Origin: Tubiluchus corallicola
Lineage: Eukaryota; Animalia; Priapulida
Length of the DNA stretch: 60,460 nt
NCBI GenBank assembly: GCA_030141605.1
Contig: JAQGDQ010000786.1
Location: forward strand, 35,488 to 95,947
Reading direction: 5' to 3'
Positions 25,309 through 37,826 of this stretch are shown one piece after another. Each line of letters starts with the position of its first letter. The stretch's first letter is position 1. Below the pieces are notes generated by a model. That model was given only the letters and a program-made list of their open reading frames with translations, did no database searches and had not been told where the DNA came from. A program made the position numbers and the translations under genes.

Positions 25309-25550
25309 GTATAAAACATGTAAATTTAAACTCCTGCGATGACCGTTAGCTGCAGCCATTTTGACGACAGGTCATTTGAAACGAATTTCAATAACACTGA
25401 GTAATATTTGAAAAAATAATCAGAACATTCGTAGTATACATGTTGCTAACTAAGTAAGATTTTAAATTACTGTATCTTGTCAAGATGAAAAATACGTTTT
25501 TGGTTAGTGAGTGGCGTACCCTGGAGGGTGAGTCAGCGACATTTTACCAA
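25309..25550. mobile_element. Dispersed repeat family E copy
   Basis: Reverse complement of 3918-4168 with high similarity. Confidence 0.82.
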
Positions 25551-25553
25551 TCG

Positions 25554-25924
25554 AATTGCCTTTTCACAGTTCCAGCAATTAATGATGATCGTGAAAAGGT
25601 TCAAAGGTTACGTGTACCAGACAACACATTTGTGTACACTTGACAATGCCTTGCAGCCCGAGCTATTTTAATAGCAACAGCTAGCTAGAACCTTACCTAG
25701 TTCATTCTTTCTTATTCCCAAGCAAGATCCTGCTAGTAAATCACTCTATGCACAGACAATAAAGTCCATGTGAAACAATAGAAGTTACTCAACTGATGCA
25801 GCGGACGGCTTTGTTTTACACATATCATGTGACAGTTGCCGTTAAGATGTGTTGCTGTGGTATACTTAACTGTTGACCTACAGCAACTGTATGTACACAC
25901 TATGAAACTGTCAAAAGGCTTATT
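25554..25924. mobile_element. MITE family A, copy 3
   Basis: GCCTTTTCACAGTTCCAGC ... GAAACTGTCAAAAGGCTTATT. Confidence 0.9.
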
Positions 25925-26051
25925 CATGGAGGTTCTCATGTAGAAAATGCACACGGTTATCAATTAGCGTGTCTCTCTTTCAGATAAATTAGACGTTAAC
26001 ACTTGACTGTGCCACTCATCGCATTCTTGAAAACTTCACTCATTTGTAGAG

Positions 26052-26567
26052 ATGGCAACAAGTTCAACCAAAGATTTGGACTTGTCGTTTTCCGAGGACC
26101 TGGCTGTTGCAACGTCGACCGAAGCTGACAGTGAGTTTGATCAAGTCATTGGACACATTGAAGATATAATAATGGCCGACACATTCCAGACTTTGGTAAA
26201 CGAGTTCTTAGAAAGGTACTATACCGAGTTCGACGATTCAGAAGAGAATAAATTTATTTACACGGATATCTTCAATGAGTATATCGACACCATTGAAACC
26301 TACATAGAGACTAGTTTAAAGCAGCAGATTCCGGAATTTTCCATGAAATCGTTTTCCACGTGCCTGAAGGGCAAGGGCGCAGAGTTGGACGGCGAAGTGT
26401 TCGACATTCTACTTTCGTTTTCCGACTTTGTCGTTTTTAAAGAAATGATGCTTGATTACCGACACGCTAAAGAAGGCAGGACGGTGGATTTAAGTAAAGG
26501 TATGTGCATAAAAGCAGTACCGACATCTAGTGGTAGCAAACGTAATGATCACATGGATACCAGTTAG
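26052..26567 (+). CDS. ARL2BP: ADP-ribosylation factor-like 2 binding protein (BART), single coding exon, 171 aa
   Basis: EFDQVIGHIEDIIM...EFDDSEENKFIYTDIFNEY...FDILLSFSDFVVFKEMMLDYR..KEGR matches ARL2BP over its full length. A 5'UTR acceptor CTCTCTTTCAG ends at 25983 and AATAAA lies at 26617. Confidence 0.95.
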   Translation: MATSSTKDLDLSFSEDLAVATSTEADSEFDQVIGHIEDIIMADTFQTLVNEFLERYYTEFDDSEENKFIYTDIFNEYIDTIETYIETSLKQQIPEFSMKSFSTCLKGKGAELDGEVFDILLSFSDFVVFKEMMLDYRHAKEGRTVDLSKGMCIKAVPTSSGSKRNDHMDTS

Positions 26568-27095
26568 TGGAGTTGACCGTAGAATCAGGGAATGGTTAAC
26601 TGTTATTTCAACCATGAATAAAAATTGTACTTCAAATTAAAAAAAAAGTTTATAGTTTTTAATTTGTGGTTTCTATTTTTGTCATCAAGAATTAATTTGT
26701 ATAAAAGTTGAACTTACTTTTCTAATTTTAGACCTGTACCATGGCACTATGATGTTTGCATAATATTTGTGTATTGGAATCTCAATATTTATTTATATAT
26801 TATGGTAAATTTACTTATAAATTATAATTTTATAATGTTTGTATAAACATGTGCTATTGTTTTAGGGTTTTGGTGAAGATAAGATTTCTTCCTGGATTGA
26901 CTAGTCATCCTATTTATACTATTTACAAACTTAATGTATGAGTTGTTTAGTGTGCAAGTAGAATTGTAATGGAGGTACTAGGTAGTATGTAGAGTTAATT
27001 AGTACTATTTGTTAAAATTAGTGTTGCTTGTAAATTTAGAGGTTCTGTAGTATATAGTTCATTAGAGTACTCAGCAAAAATATATATGTGCACAT

Positions 27096-27720
27096 TTAAA
27101 CGAAAGAACAAGTCACTCAGTATCTTGGGTTTATGTTATTGTTATCACTTAAACTGTTTGTGGTGTGCTAAAAGAAAGAACAAGACACTCAGTATGTTGG
27201 GTTTTTGTTATTGTTATCACTTAAACTTAGAAAATATAGTAAAACATGCAAAGAACTGCCTATAAAGCATAAATTTAAAATGTGCTAGCTCTGAATGGAA
27301 ATATTCAGGCATGCTGGGTGCCCTCATTCACATGAAAATCATGATGTAACTGGGAGAGTTTATGACTTTTCGTAAGCACGTCGTGGTTTTCCGTAAGCGC
27401 ACGCTGCTTAGTTCTGCAGCTTACCTAATGTTTATGCAAAAATATTACAAAATCTAATATTACAAATATTACACAATCTAATTTCTTGCAAATTCTTATT
27501 ATGCTTTTGATGAAGATTGACCGCGCCCTCTTTTCTTAAAGACGAACGACATCATTGGAGGCAGAATGGCCATTGCCCAAGCACGAAATGATCGAGACCT
27601 TATGGTGCTAGTGCTAACTGCATGAGGCACTCATTGCAGTTTTATTACTAGATCATTCTAATATTTTTCGCAAACGTTAAAATAAGCCGAACCTCGTAGA
27701 TCGCTTGGCCTTTCCTTTAA
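27096..27720. mobile_element. MITE family D, copy 2 (left end duplicated)
   Basis: GAAAGAACAAG.CACTCAGTAT occurs twice (about 27102 and 27174). Right end CTTGGCCTTTCCTTTAA. Confidence 0.85.
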
Positions 27721-27942
27721 AGTTCCTGTGCCTATGAATTTATAAGTTCTGTAATATTTGTGGCATTGCTGTATCATTAGCATTTACTTCACTATGGTAT
27801 TTAGAAATGGCTGAACTGATTGAAAAAGTGCTCTCCTTAAACATAGTAGCAAAATTAAAAAAAACAATGTACGCCGTCTGTACACGAATTTAAACTTATT
27901 GTGCATGATTGGTGTTATTTTTTGACTTTAGGAGCTTTAGAG

Positions 27943-28232
27943 CAAGCCCTTTCACAGTTCCAGCAATTGATGGTAATTGTTAAAAGGTCAAAGGTTAAGT
28001 GCACCGGACGACATACTTGTGTACACTTGACAACCCAAACTATTGCAATAGTAACAGTTTTAGTAGGTAGATAGAACATTACCTAGTTCATTTTTTCTTG
28101 TTCGCAATTAAGATCCTTCTAGTAAATCACTCTGCACACAGATTAATGCATAATTAGGTAAAGCCCATGTAAAACAAACTGAAGTTGCAGCAGATGGCCT
28201 TGCTTTACTGTGAAACTGTGAAAAGGCTTATT
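27943..28232. mobile_element. MITE family A, copy 4 (internally deleted)
   Basis: Both TIRs are present, and about 90 bp near the right end is missing. Confidence 0.88.
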
Positions 28233-28802
28233 GTCATATAATTTAAAAAATAACGAAGTAATATAGCTTGTATTCTGTATCTTATTTTGCTGAGTTTAAA
28301 CTTGTAATTAGTTTTATACATTGTGAAGCATAATGTGGACAACATGGCTGCTACAGTAGCTAGGCTTTGTATTCTATAATAAAGATGTTTAGTAATTTGA
28401 AACTTTCTTGACATTTTTTGCAAGAGTCCTGCTTAAGACAAGCTCAGGATCATTTGATTTTAATGTAATTGTGGCAGTGTAGACTAGATTGATAAGAATG
28501 TCAGGCAAAGTGATCGAGTTATTGATATTGTTTCAGTGCAGTATGGAATATTATTTTGAAAGTTGAGGTAACAAGAAATTTGAAGTATGAACATTTTTAT
28601 TGTGAATCAAATGTGCATGCCATTTAAACATGTATGACAAGTCAAAATAAATCGTAATTTATTGCTATTTACAACATTTAGTAAATATGAGAAGAAATAA
28701 ATTGATGAAATTAATCCAAATTTCTTTTAATTTTTAATTTGCTTAGTAACAAAAAAGGTAAGACTGTACTGCCAGACTGTTTTTACGATGTTTGATCTTT
28801 CA

Positions 28803-28819
28803 GGTACCAGATGGCGCTG
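28803..28819 (+). promoter_or_regulatory. CTCF-like motif
   Basis: GGTACCAGATGGCGCTG resembles the CCACCAG(G/A)TGGCGC core. Confidence 0.5.
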
Positions 28820-29404
28820 CGCAGTCAAGTCTGCCAATCTAATTTCTAGGGCAAGTAAGTCTTCGAGTGCGCAATGCGATGCTCATAACTTTGCAGTTTT
28901 TAATGATAATCTTGATTCCGATTCTATCCAATTTCAAAACGAAGGAAGGAAGTGAATTAAAATGCATAAAGCGCCCCCAATATTACAACTAATATTACTC
29001 ATACGTACTAATAATTGACTAACTACGAATCGTACATTGGTTTTCGCGTACGTTTCATCACTTGAGGCCATGAACTTCATTGACTTCTTTCAATATAGTG
29101 CGAGTGCCTCAGAGTAGATAATACTTATATTCTACCAAATTTAAAAATAAACTTAACAGAGACAAAATGAAGTCTGAAAATGCTTTCTTTGTGAAAAATG
29201 TGATCGTGATTTTTTTTCAAGATAAACTACCTTTAAAACACGTAGATTAAGCGCAGTTGTCTGTTTCATTTACATTTCAAAGGCAATTTCATTAGCTGTT
29301 GCGCAAAAACTTGTCAACTAAAGCATCAAACGTTCCCCTTTTCCTAGCACACAGCTTTCGCTTTTCATTAATGCTAAATTGCTCAATTGCTAGAGTTGAC
29401 TGAA

Positions 29405-29480
29405 CGCCTGGCGCGAACGACGCGGAAGGCGTGGCTTAGCGTGGTCCAATCAGTGCAAGCCGTCAGCTGTCGATCACTAG
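29405..29480 (+). promoter_or_regulatory. Putative headcase core promoter (GC-box GGCGTGGCT, CCAAT box at 29446)
   Basis: Local CpG-rich patch about 300 bp upstream of the HECA ATG. Confidence 0.55.
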
Positions 29481-29756
29481 CTTTTCCCGGGGATGTGTCC
29501 ACGCCTACTGCACAAAACGTCAACAACTCGAACAGCAAAATCGCTCGGTGTTTCTGTTGTGTTATGGATGGTTTAAGAAAGTTGTAGGTCTATTTTGTAA
29601 GATTTTGCGTAAATTTAACATTTCTGTGTGCGGATGGATGTATATATAGCTGGCGTAAACGTGCCTAGCAAAATATTCAGCTTTTTGGAGTGCCAGAAGA
29701 CAAGTGAAAAAGTGAAACTGCCGTATTGTTGATGACTGGAATCTGGCCTAGTTAAA

Positions 29757-30346
29757 ATGCCGAAAGAAAATAACGGAAAAGTTGAAGAACGCAACGTCGT
29801 TAACCCGGCGAGAGTCGTCAATGGAATCGAATCCAGCGTCCAGTGTTGCGTGCCACATGGATGTTATAATCCAGAGGAAAAAATATCACTCACAAATCCT
29901 GGTCATGCGGTGAAGGTGGTCTGTAACAACGAGGTCTGTTCCGAGGGTCAATTTATGCACAAGCAGTGTTTTGATGGTTGGGAGCAAAGCGTGTTGACCT
30001 ACCTACGTTCTACCGGCCGAGCTAGGAGCTGGTCTGAAAAGCAGAGATTGCAAAATTTGTGGACAAAAAAGGGTTATGATCTAGCATTCAAAGCTTGTGA
30101 TTGCAAATGCGGTCGTGGGCATCTCCGCAAGGATCTAGATTACGTTCCTCCTCGACAGGAAGTGGTGGGCATTGAACAACCTGTTGCGGCGAGTGGCGGA
30201 GCTAAAAAGAAGAAAAACAAGAAGAAGAAAAATGATAGGCCGGTTATTGTTAGTTCTGGAAAAGCCACGTTCAAAACTCCAAATGTCGCAGGTGCTGGGG
30301 GCACTCAGCCGCTACAACTTAGAGTTCGAACCAACAGTGTTTCCAG
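29757..30346 (+). CDS. HECA: Headcase protein homolog, exon 1 (N-terminal headcase domain, poly-Lys NLS-like tract)
   Basis: Contains CNNExC...MHxxCFxxWE..VLTYLRSTGRARSWSEKQRLQNLWTKKGYDLAFKACDCKCGRGHLRKDLD, the headcase signature. CAG|GTAAAT donor, phase 2. Confidence 0.96.
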
Positions 30347-33208
30347 GTAAATTAACATATTTTTCATTTCTTACTTAAATTTCTTTGTTTTTCAGGGTGT
30401 GCAGAAATAATATCTTCATTTTTAAAAACACTTGGATTTCATTTAATAATATTATATAATATTGAGTAACATTATAAGTAGTCGTCGTGATTTTGCCAAT
30501 CAAGAAGGTGGTAAAAAAATTAGAATTCGTAGGCTAATAAAATTAAGCTAATGAAGAGTTGACGGGAATGTTAGTGATAGTGCAGAGACAACAAGGACAA
30601 TAATAAGGCAAAGGACGTTGTGGTGTGAGAACTTTTATATCATTTATCCTTATTTGTTACACAGGGTAGTAGCAGTTACTATTATTATTTTTACTTCAAA
30701 CTCGAATATAAAATGTCCAAAAAAATTAGGTACGATTTCTAAAGTTTAATCGGCCCGTATGCTTTACGTGGAGTAAAATGCAAGAAAATGGTTTTCCCCG
30801 ACCCTCGTAGCTGAGCAGCCGGGAAAGCTTCCCCCGGCTTCCGCGAGATCCGCATCCGGTTTTCTGCTTGGTCACATTTGGACCTCTCCTATTCAAAAAT
30901 CCTGGTTCCACCTCTGTCACCGTTACACGTATCATTTATACTCGTTATGCAGGTTAAGTTTGTTGCTTGCTGATCGTAAAAAATTTGCATTCTGTAAATT
31001 ATGCAGGGCTCTTCAATGTCAAGAATGTTCTAGAAAAACACACACTATTGACAGTTTCTATTGTATACCAGCACAAAACGTTTCCTTCTGGAATGTTCTT
31101 ACGTGGCCAACACGGCTCGATTTAACCACGTACAGTTCACTGACCACGATAAGTCTCTTTTCAAAACGTGTTCGTCGATTTAGTTTACTTTCGTTGTCCT
31201 AAGTTTAATTAGTAGAATGTGGAACTCCTCTGCTGAAATTGTTGAGATTTACAACGCGGGAATTCACGTTCCTGTTGACCGTTCATTGCTAGCACAGTGC
31301 CATACGTATATACGAACTTTATTTATAGTCGGTTTTACAACAACAAAAAAACACATTAGCACAACCGCTAGTCTTCACCGACAATAAAATACAGGCAATA
31401 AAATTAATATGCAAAAATAAGAATTTAAGTGATTTGTAAATTAAAATGTTGAGACACAAGTACAGTTAAAACTAACGAGAAATTAAACAAGTTAGTTAAA
31501 AATACAGATTCTCAAATTTATGGACTGCATGATAGTTTAAGAACAGAGAAAAATCAAAATAAAACAGCGTAACGTAAAACTACAATGGAATACGGATTTT
31601 CGATTTACAAATACTAAAGCTTAAGTAAAAAAATTTAAAATCGGGACATATTTTAAAGATTTTACTTAATAGCAAAGTCGCAGCGAGAGCCATTAGGTTG
31701 TCATGCGTCTGTCAAAGATTTTCAATTTTCAAATCAACTTTTGTTCTCGTATCAGGAAGTGAGTTGTAATCAGACTGAGGTAGGATAATGAGTTGTGTGT
31801 TAACATGCAATGGTTTTTAGAGAGGACCATTTTACTTCTGATGAATTCTCACTAACCTAATCTTGTTTGTATACCTTTTGGCTTAGACGTCTGCTCGCTT
31901 ATCATATCGTTAAATTAATAACGCTTAAGAAAAAACGCTTAAACTATTCTGAATCGGTGTTACAAATTTTTGTCCGAAAATGTTTTGAAATATTGTTAAT
32001 ATATTCGCGTGACTGTCAACTTATCTGGTACAGCAGATAGATTTTGGCACAGTGCCAGAAATGCATTTAGCGTGTGCTTAACGCTAGCAAATGAATTTCT
32101 GTTGACAGGCAACATGAGTGTGAATCACATGTGATTGTCAGTCGTTTCCCGGTAATAGATACTGTTAAGTTTTGGCAACACGCATGTAAGCTATTGTATA
32201 AAATAATCTTGTTAAACATTTGACATGTTTCCAAATCCATGTTATTGGTAATAGAGACAAAAATAATTTCCAATTTGATAAACTTAGGACGCCATAAAAA
32301 GCAAAGTATTTGGTTATACGTGTAGCGCGTTTTGTATATGTGCAAAAAGTTAGTGAAACATTCTTAATTAAAACCTTGGGCTGTTTTTCATATGGTTTGG
32401 CGCAGCTCCAAGTTATGGTCCACAAGATTCAGTGCTTGGCCTAATAGACGCAGTTATGGCGGGACCGGTATTTATCTCACGAAGGATAATCAAAACACTA
32501 ATTAGCAGTCTGGTAGAGGGTTGCTTAGCTCCGTTTTGATGTTTATGCAGGTTGTTTGACCGTATTTCAGAAGAGAAAGGCTTACTTTTACTGTATAGTA
32601 CTATATACTATTGTCTGTAGTGCAGCATGTATATGTGGAATGTACAAACGGAAGCTATGTTATACAGTAGGAAAATTAAACTTATGCAAATATAATATTA
32701 AGTTTTGCGTCATTATGATGTCTACTAATGCATATATAATGTTAAGTTGTACATCATTATGATGTCATAATGTAGAAGTTCTTATTCATTTTATACAAAA
32801 TGAGTGTTATTCAACGCATCCACCTGATAAACTTGAGCGTGTTCTTTCATAACATGCAGCGCTGTTTCCTTTATGTCACAAACTAACTTCACACATTTCT
32901 AGCAGTTACTGTAGTATAACCTCTCACTGAACAATCTAACACGATTTTATTGTAATCGCATGTATTTTATCAGCATGTTCGTGTTGCGCTGTTTCTTCTG
33001 GAACACCCTGTACATGCTAATTGAACCCAACACCCATCCATTTTCTCACCAGGTTCAGCATTGCTAAGTTACAGGTTGCTGGTTTCTAAGCACGCACAGA
33101 AACTACTTAACTATATATATTCGTTTCGCTCCTAATGTTATTATGTTTGCATAAGTTACTTCTCAGTGAAATTGTCACTTATGGTTTCATTAGCTCGTTG
33201 TGCTGGTG

Positions 33209-34335
33209 TTCAATCACTTAGCAGTATTGATCAGTTAGTGATGGTCATCAATCGATTAGCAGTATTGGTCAGTTAGTGATGGTAATTAATCGATTATCAG
33301 TATTGATCAGTTACTGATCGTGATTAATCGATAAGCAGTACTGGTCAGTTAGTGATGGTGATCAATCGATTAGCAGTATTGATCAGTTACTGATGGTGAT
33401 TGATCGATTAGTAGTATTGATCAGTTAGTAAAGGCGATCAATCGATTAGCAGTATTGATCAGTTACTGCTGGTGATCAATCGATTAGCAGTATTGATCAG
33501 TTACTGATGGTGATTGATCGATAAGCAGTATTGGTCAGTTAGTGATGGTGATCAATCGATTAGCAGTATTGATCAGTTACTGATGGTGATTAATCGATTA
33601 GCAGTATTGGTCAGTTAATGATGGTGAGCAATCGATTAGCAGTATTGATCAGTTAGTGATGGTGATCAATCGATTAGCAGTATTGATCAGTTACTGATGG
33701 TGATTAATCGATTAGCAGTATTGGTCAGTTAATGATGGTGAGCAATCGATTAGCAGTATTGATCAGTTAGTGATGGTGATCAATCGATTAGTAGTAATGA
33801 TCAGTTAATGATCGTGATCAATCGATTAGCAGTATTGATCAGTTACTGATGGTGATTAATCGATAAGCAGTATTGGTCAGTTAGTGATGGTGATCAATCG
33901 ATTAGCAGTATTGGTCAGTTAGTGATGGTGATCAATCGATTAGTAGTATTGATCAGTTACTGATCGTGATCAATCGATTAGCAGTATTGATCAGTTACTG
34001 ATGGTGATTAATCGATAAGCAGTATTGGTCAGTTAGTGATGGTGATCAATCACTTAGCAGTATTGATCAGTTACTGATGGTGATTAATCGATTAGCAGTA
34101 TTGGTCAGTTAATGATGGTGAGCAATCGATTAGCAGTATTGATCAGTTAGTGATGGTGATCAATCGATTAGCAGTATTGATCAGTTACTGATGGTGATTG
34201 ATCACTTAGCAGTATTGATCAGTTACTGATGGTGATTAATCGATTAGCAGTATTGGTCAGTTAATGATGGTGAGCAATCGATTAGCAGTATTGATCAGTT
34301 AATGATGGTGAGCAATCGATTAGCAGTATTGATTG
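33209..34335. repeat. 38-bp minisatellite, about 29-30 copies, in headcase intron 1
   Basis: Unit ATCAATCGATTAGCAGTATTGATCAGTTA(C/G)TGATGGTG. Confidence 0.97.
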
Positions 34336-34535
34336 ACTAAGTGATTATTTTTAATGTCATAAGCTAATTGGCTGGTATTTCGCCACCCCGTCCTTCTTAA
34401 ATTTTGTAACTTATTTTTATTATACTATTCTGTGATTCTTATTTTATTAATAATAAAATGAAATAGTAAGACAAATAAGTTATTATTACGATTAATACCC
34501 ATGACGTTTTCATGCTTTTATTCATTTTCTTCCAG

Positions 34536-34719
34536 TACTGGTTCATCGCCTCCGAACTCTGCAAGTCCGGGCACGCCAACGTTTAATATTTCTCCCATAA
34601 AGAATCAGTTCTTCTGTGATGAAAGGGTGGCTATTACAGGAAACATGTTCCGGAGGCGAGCTGACTTTTCCGCTTTCCGTGTACTACCTCGCGAGAAACA
34701 GAACGGTTATCACATAAAG
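34536..34719 (+). CDS. HECA: Headcase exon 2
   Basis: TTCTTCCAG acceptor and GTTTGT donor. Encodes TGSSPPNS...GNMFRRRADFSAFRVLPREKQNGYHIK. Phase 2 to 0. Confidence 0.93.
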
Positions 34720-35066
34720 GTTTGTTCACATTTCTTAACGTGTTCATTGTGATACTCGAACATAAAGTGAAAATGTATTCTTGTAATATTTTTGCAAAAC
34801 GCTGCAAATAAGGAAATTATTCCATATATCGTGATATATATATGTTCAATGTACACAAAGCCTTGGAAACAAGTGCGCAGCCTGCTAAATTGCTGTCCTA
34901 TTATAGTGACCTTTCTCCACAGTTTTCCAATGGGCTGCTTTAGCATCTTTGGTTACAGTACGAGTTGTTAAATTTGAGGTACTTTTTTTTAAAAAATTCG
35001 AATCCTGCTGAAGTCGGGGGGGGGGGGGGAGGGTTGAACTATGTTCCACTCCAGGTTCACACGCTG

Positions 35067-35452
35067 ATTACCTTCCTAGCTAGCTCTACTTAGCCTTTAT
35101 TGAGTACCTGGTCATGTACTCATTACATTGCTAGCTAGCTCTACTCACTCTTTATTGAGTACCTGGTCATGTACTCATTACCTTGCTACCTAGCTCTACT
35201 CAGTCTTTATTGAGTACCTGGTCATGTACTCATTACATTGCTAGCTAGCTCTACTCACTCTTTATTGAGTACGTGGTCATGTACTCATTACCTTGCTACC
35301 TAGCTCTACTTAGCCTTTATTGAGTACCTGGTCATGTACTCATTACCTTGCTAGCTAGCTCTACTCACTCTTTATTGAGTACCTGGTCATGTACTCATTA
35401 CCTTGCTACCTAGCTCTACTCAGTCTTTATTGAGTACCTGGTCATGTACTCA
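35067..35452. repeat. 55-bp tandem repeat x7, in headcase intron 2
   Basis: Unit ATTACCTTGCTAGCTAGCTCTACTCACTCTTTATTGAGTACCTGGTCATGTACTC. Confidence 0.97.
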
Positions 35453-36648
35453 AGAACGAAAGGCGGTCGATGGACGGACTAGGCACCTACTTTCCTCTTG
35501 TGTCGAGGCTAAGAAAATGGGTGAAGTATCCATCTATCCCACCTCCATATCCATCTTATTTGTTTGTAGAAAGATTGAATCCCACATGGCTAGGGCCTGC
35601 AGCACACTTGCACAATCATCATTAGACTTTTCCAAATTTGCATGTTTTTAACGATTTCTTAATTTTAAAAGAAATCCTTTCTGAACTTCAAAGACAGCCA
35701 AACAGGAGAACCGCAACGTGCGTCCACCTATCCAGTTACCCAGCAGATTTCTTTCTGCACATGCCTTCATGTGGCAGTGGTGTGCTCATGATCTGAAACA
35801 CTTGAATACAGGGCAACCAATAAAGACCAATATTTCAAGAAAATCAAAAATTATTACATTCGTGATACATGATTTGATTGAATCATGTTTTCAAAAATAT
35901 CAAGTTTTATTACTGCATAACATTTAATCACAATTTTGATTCCAGATACTACTCTATAGCTATTCGAGGGGGTGGGGGTTGAAAGGCAGCATTTTTCAGA
36001 TTTTTTGTGTTACTCGTTTACAATGCAACCTTATAAACAAATCAGTTTTGCCGTGAAACTGATCTCGTTCTCACTGTTGTTGTTCGTATAATAAGTTTCG
36101 GCCAGTTTTCGTGTGATGAATTTTTGTGATGAAATGAATTCTATGGCAACGATAACCAGCATTATAATAGGCACACATATACACATTTGGGCACAAAAAC
36201 TGAATTTTTATGAGTAACCCTATCCTTTGCATTCGTACTAGCCTTATAATTTACATGCTGCAAATTGGGTTCCACCCACTCATTGACATGTCCTTCCTAA
36301 TATGGATGATTGTATTGTGACAAGACCAGAATCTGTCTGATTATCAAGGTGAATCATCTAAGATGAGACTGACGTAGGATATTAATGCATTATGCATTTT
36401 CTGTCAAAGCATAAGCACCGCTAGTTAGAATCAGTATGATGGACGAAACTGCTTGGATCAAGTACTGATGTATCCATTCACTGACCAGCCTCAGCGATGC
36501 TTTACTTTGATCGCCTGAGCACACACCGCGACTATTCAGTAATAATGACTCAAACGTGATGTATCGTCACATTAGTTTCTCTCTAGGTAACTGTAGCAGA
36601 TGATACTCATTATTGTCATTAAAAGGTTTGCCTGCTTGCTTTTTTTAG

Positions 36649-36837
36649 ATGGAGGATGAAGGTCCACATGGAAATGACGAGACGCGTTGCTTCATCTTGT
36701 CTAACCTAAGCTTGTGCAAGATAACAAGCGTCAGCTGTGTACTGTGTTCAAGCTCCATGATGGTGTTCGACCGGTATCCGCTCATTGATGGCACGTTCTT
36801 CTTATCCCCTAGAAAGTACAACAATTCAGCAATGCAG
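36649..36837 (+). CDS. HECA: Headcase exon 3
   Basis: TTTTTTTAG acceptor and GTATGG donor. Encodes MEDEGPHGNDETRCFILSNL...VFDRYPLIDGTFFLSP. Confidence 0.95.
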
Positions 36838-36879
36838 GTATGGATGTATTACTTGTAATTAGTAATTATTAATGACACA

Positions 36880-37268
36880 AATAAGTGTTCATAGTTTCGC
36901 ACGCGCGCAGTTGCTGTAGCTCAAAAGTTAAGTGTACCACAGCAACGCACCGTAACCACTTGACGTGTGTTTAAAGCAAAGGCGTCTGCTACATCAGTTC
37001 AGTAACTTCGGTTGTTTTACATGGACTTTACTTACTTATGCATTAGTCTGTGTATGGAATGATTTACTAGCAGGATCTTGCTTTGGAACAAAAAAAGATG
37101 ACCTAGGTAAGGTTCTAGCCAGCTGTTAAAACATTTAAAAACCGTTACTATTACAATAGCGTGGGCTCCGAGGTGTTGTCAAGTGTACACAATTGTGCTC
37201 TCTGGTACACTTCACCTTTGACCTTTTCACAATCATCACCAATCGCTGGAACTGTGAAAAAGCTTATT
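36880..37268. mobile_element. MITE family A, copy 5 (opposite orientation)
   Basis: Reverse complement of the other copies. Ends GGAACTGTGAAAAAGCTTATT. Confidence 0.9.
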
Positions 37269-37826
37269 GCATTCAATGATAATGTATCATTAGAGGCAGC
37301 AGACACAAAAACTGGCTTCTAGAATGCAGATTAACTTTGTGGTCCAAGATCTAGAAAGGTATGTGATGCAGAACAAAAGAGTGTGACTGTGGTGGCAGTA
37401 CCGCCACCTATCTCACCATCAAGGATAAGGTAATGTGGTAGGAAATGTCAGTGGATTTATAATAATTCATCTTTTTCCTACCAGGTCAGATTAATTAGCC
37501 CAGCTGCTGAGTCTGGTGTTCGAAACTGACAGGTGAAACCTGACACCTCAAAACTGACCGCCTAGCAACAATGAAACATGGTGCTGAAAACTGACCATTA
37601 AGCAGATCATGTCGATTTTTCCCAAGACCCTCTCCAATAACAATTACAGTAAACCATGCACTGTTACTAAAAAAGTTTCATTTGGTTTGAATAACGTTGC
37701 CATCTTGAACAATGTCATCGCATCTCTGGCACGTCTGTAACTACAACATTTATGAATTTTTCTCATTTATTGATTTTTAATTTGATCCGTGTATTTCGTG
37801 AGCTGTTTCACGTGTCACTGTTACAG

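Noticed and set aside
30347-30545. N-terminal-only headcase isoform by intron 1 retention (AGG TAA, AATAAA at about 30536)
   Set aside because: An in-frame stop within a GTAA donor and AATAAA in AT-rich introns are both common by chance, and nothing else supports it.
33209-35452. CRISPR-like arrays
   Set aside because: The repeats are head-to-tail with no unique spacers, there are no cas genes, and the context is eukaryotic intron.
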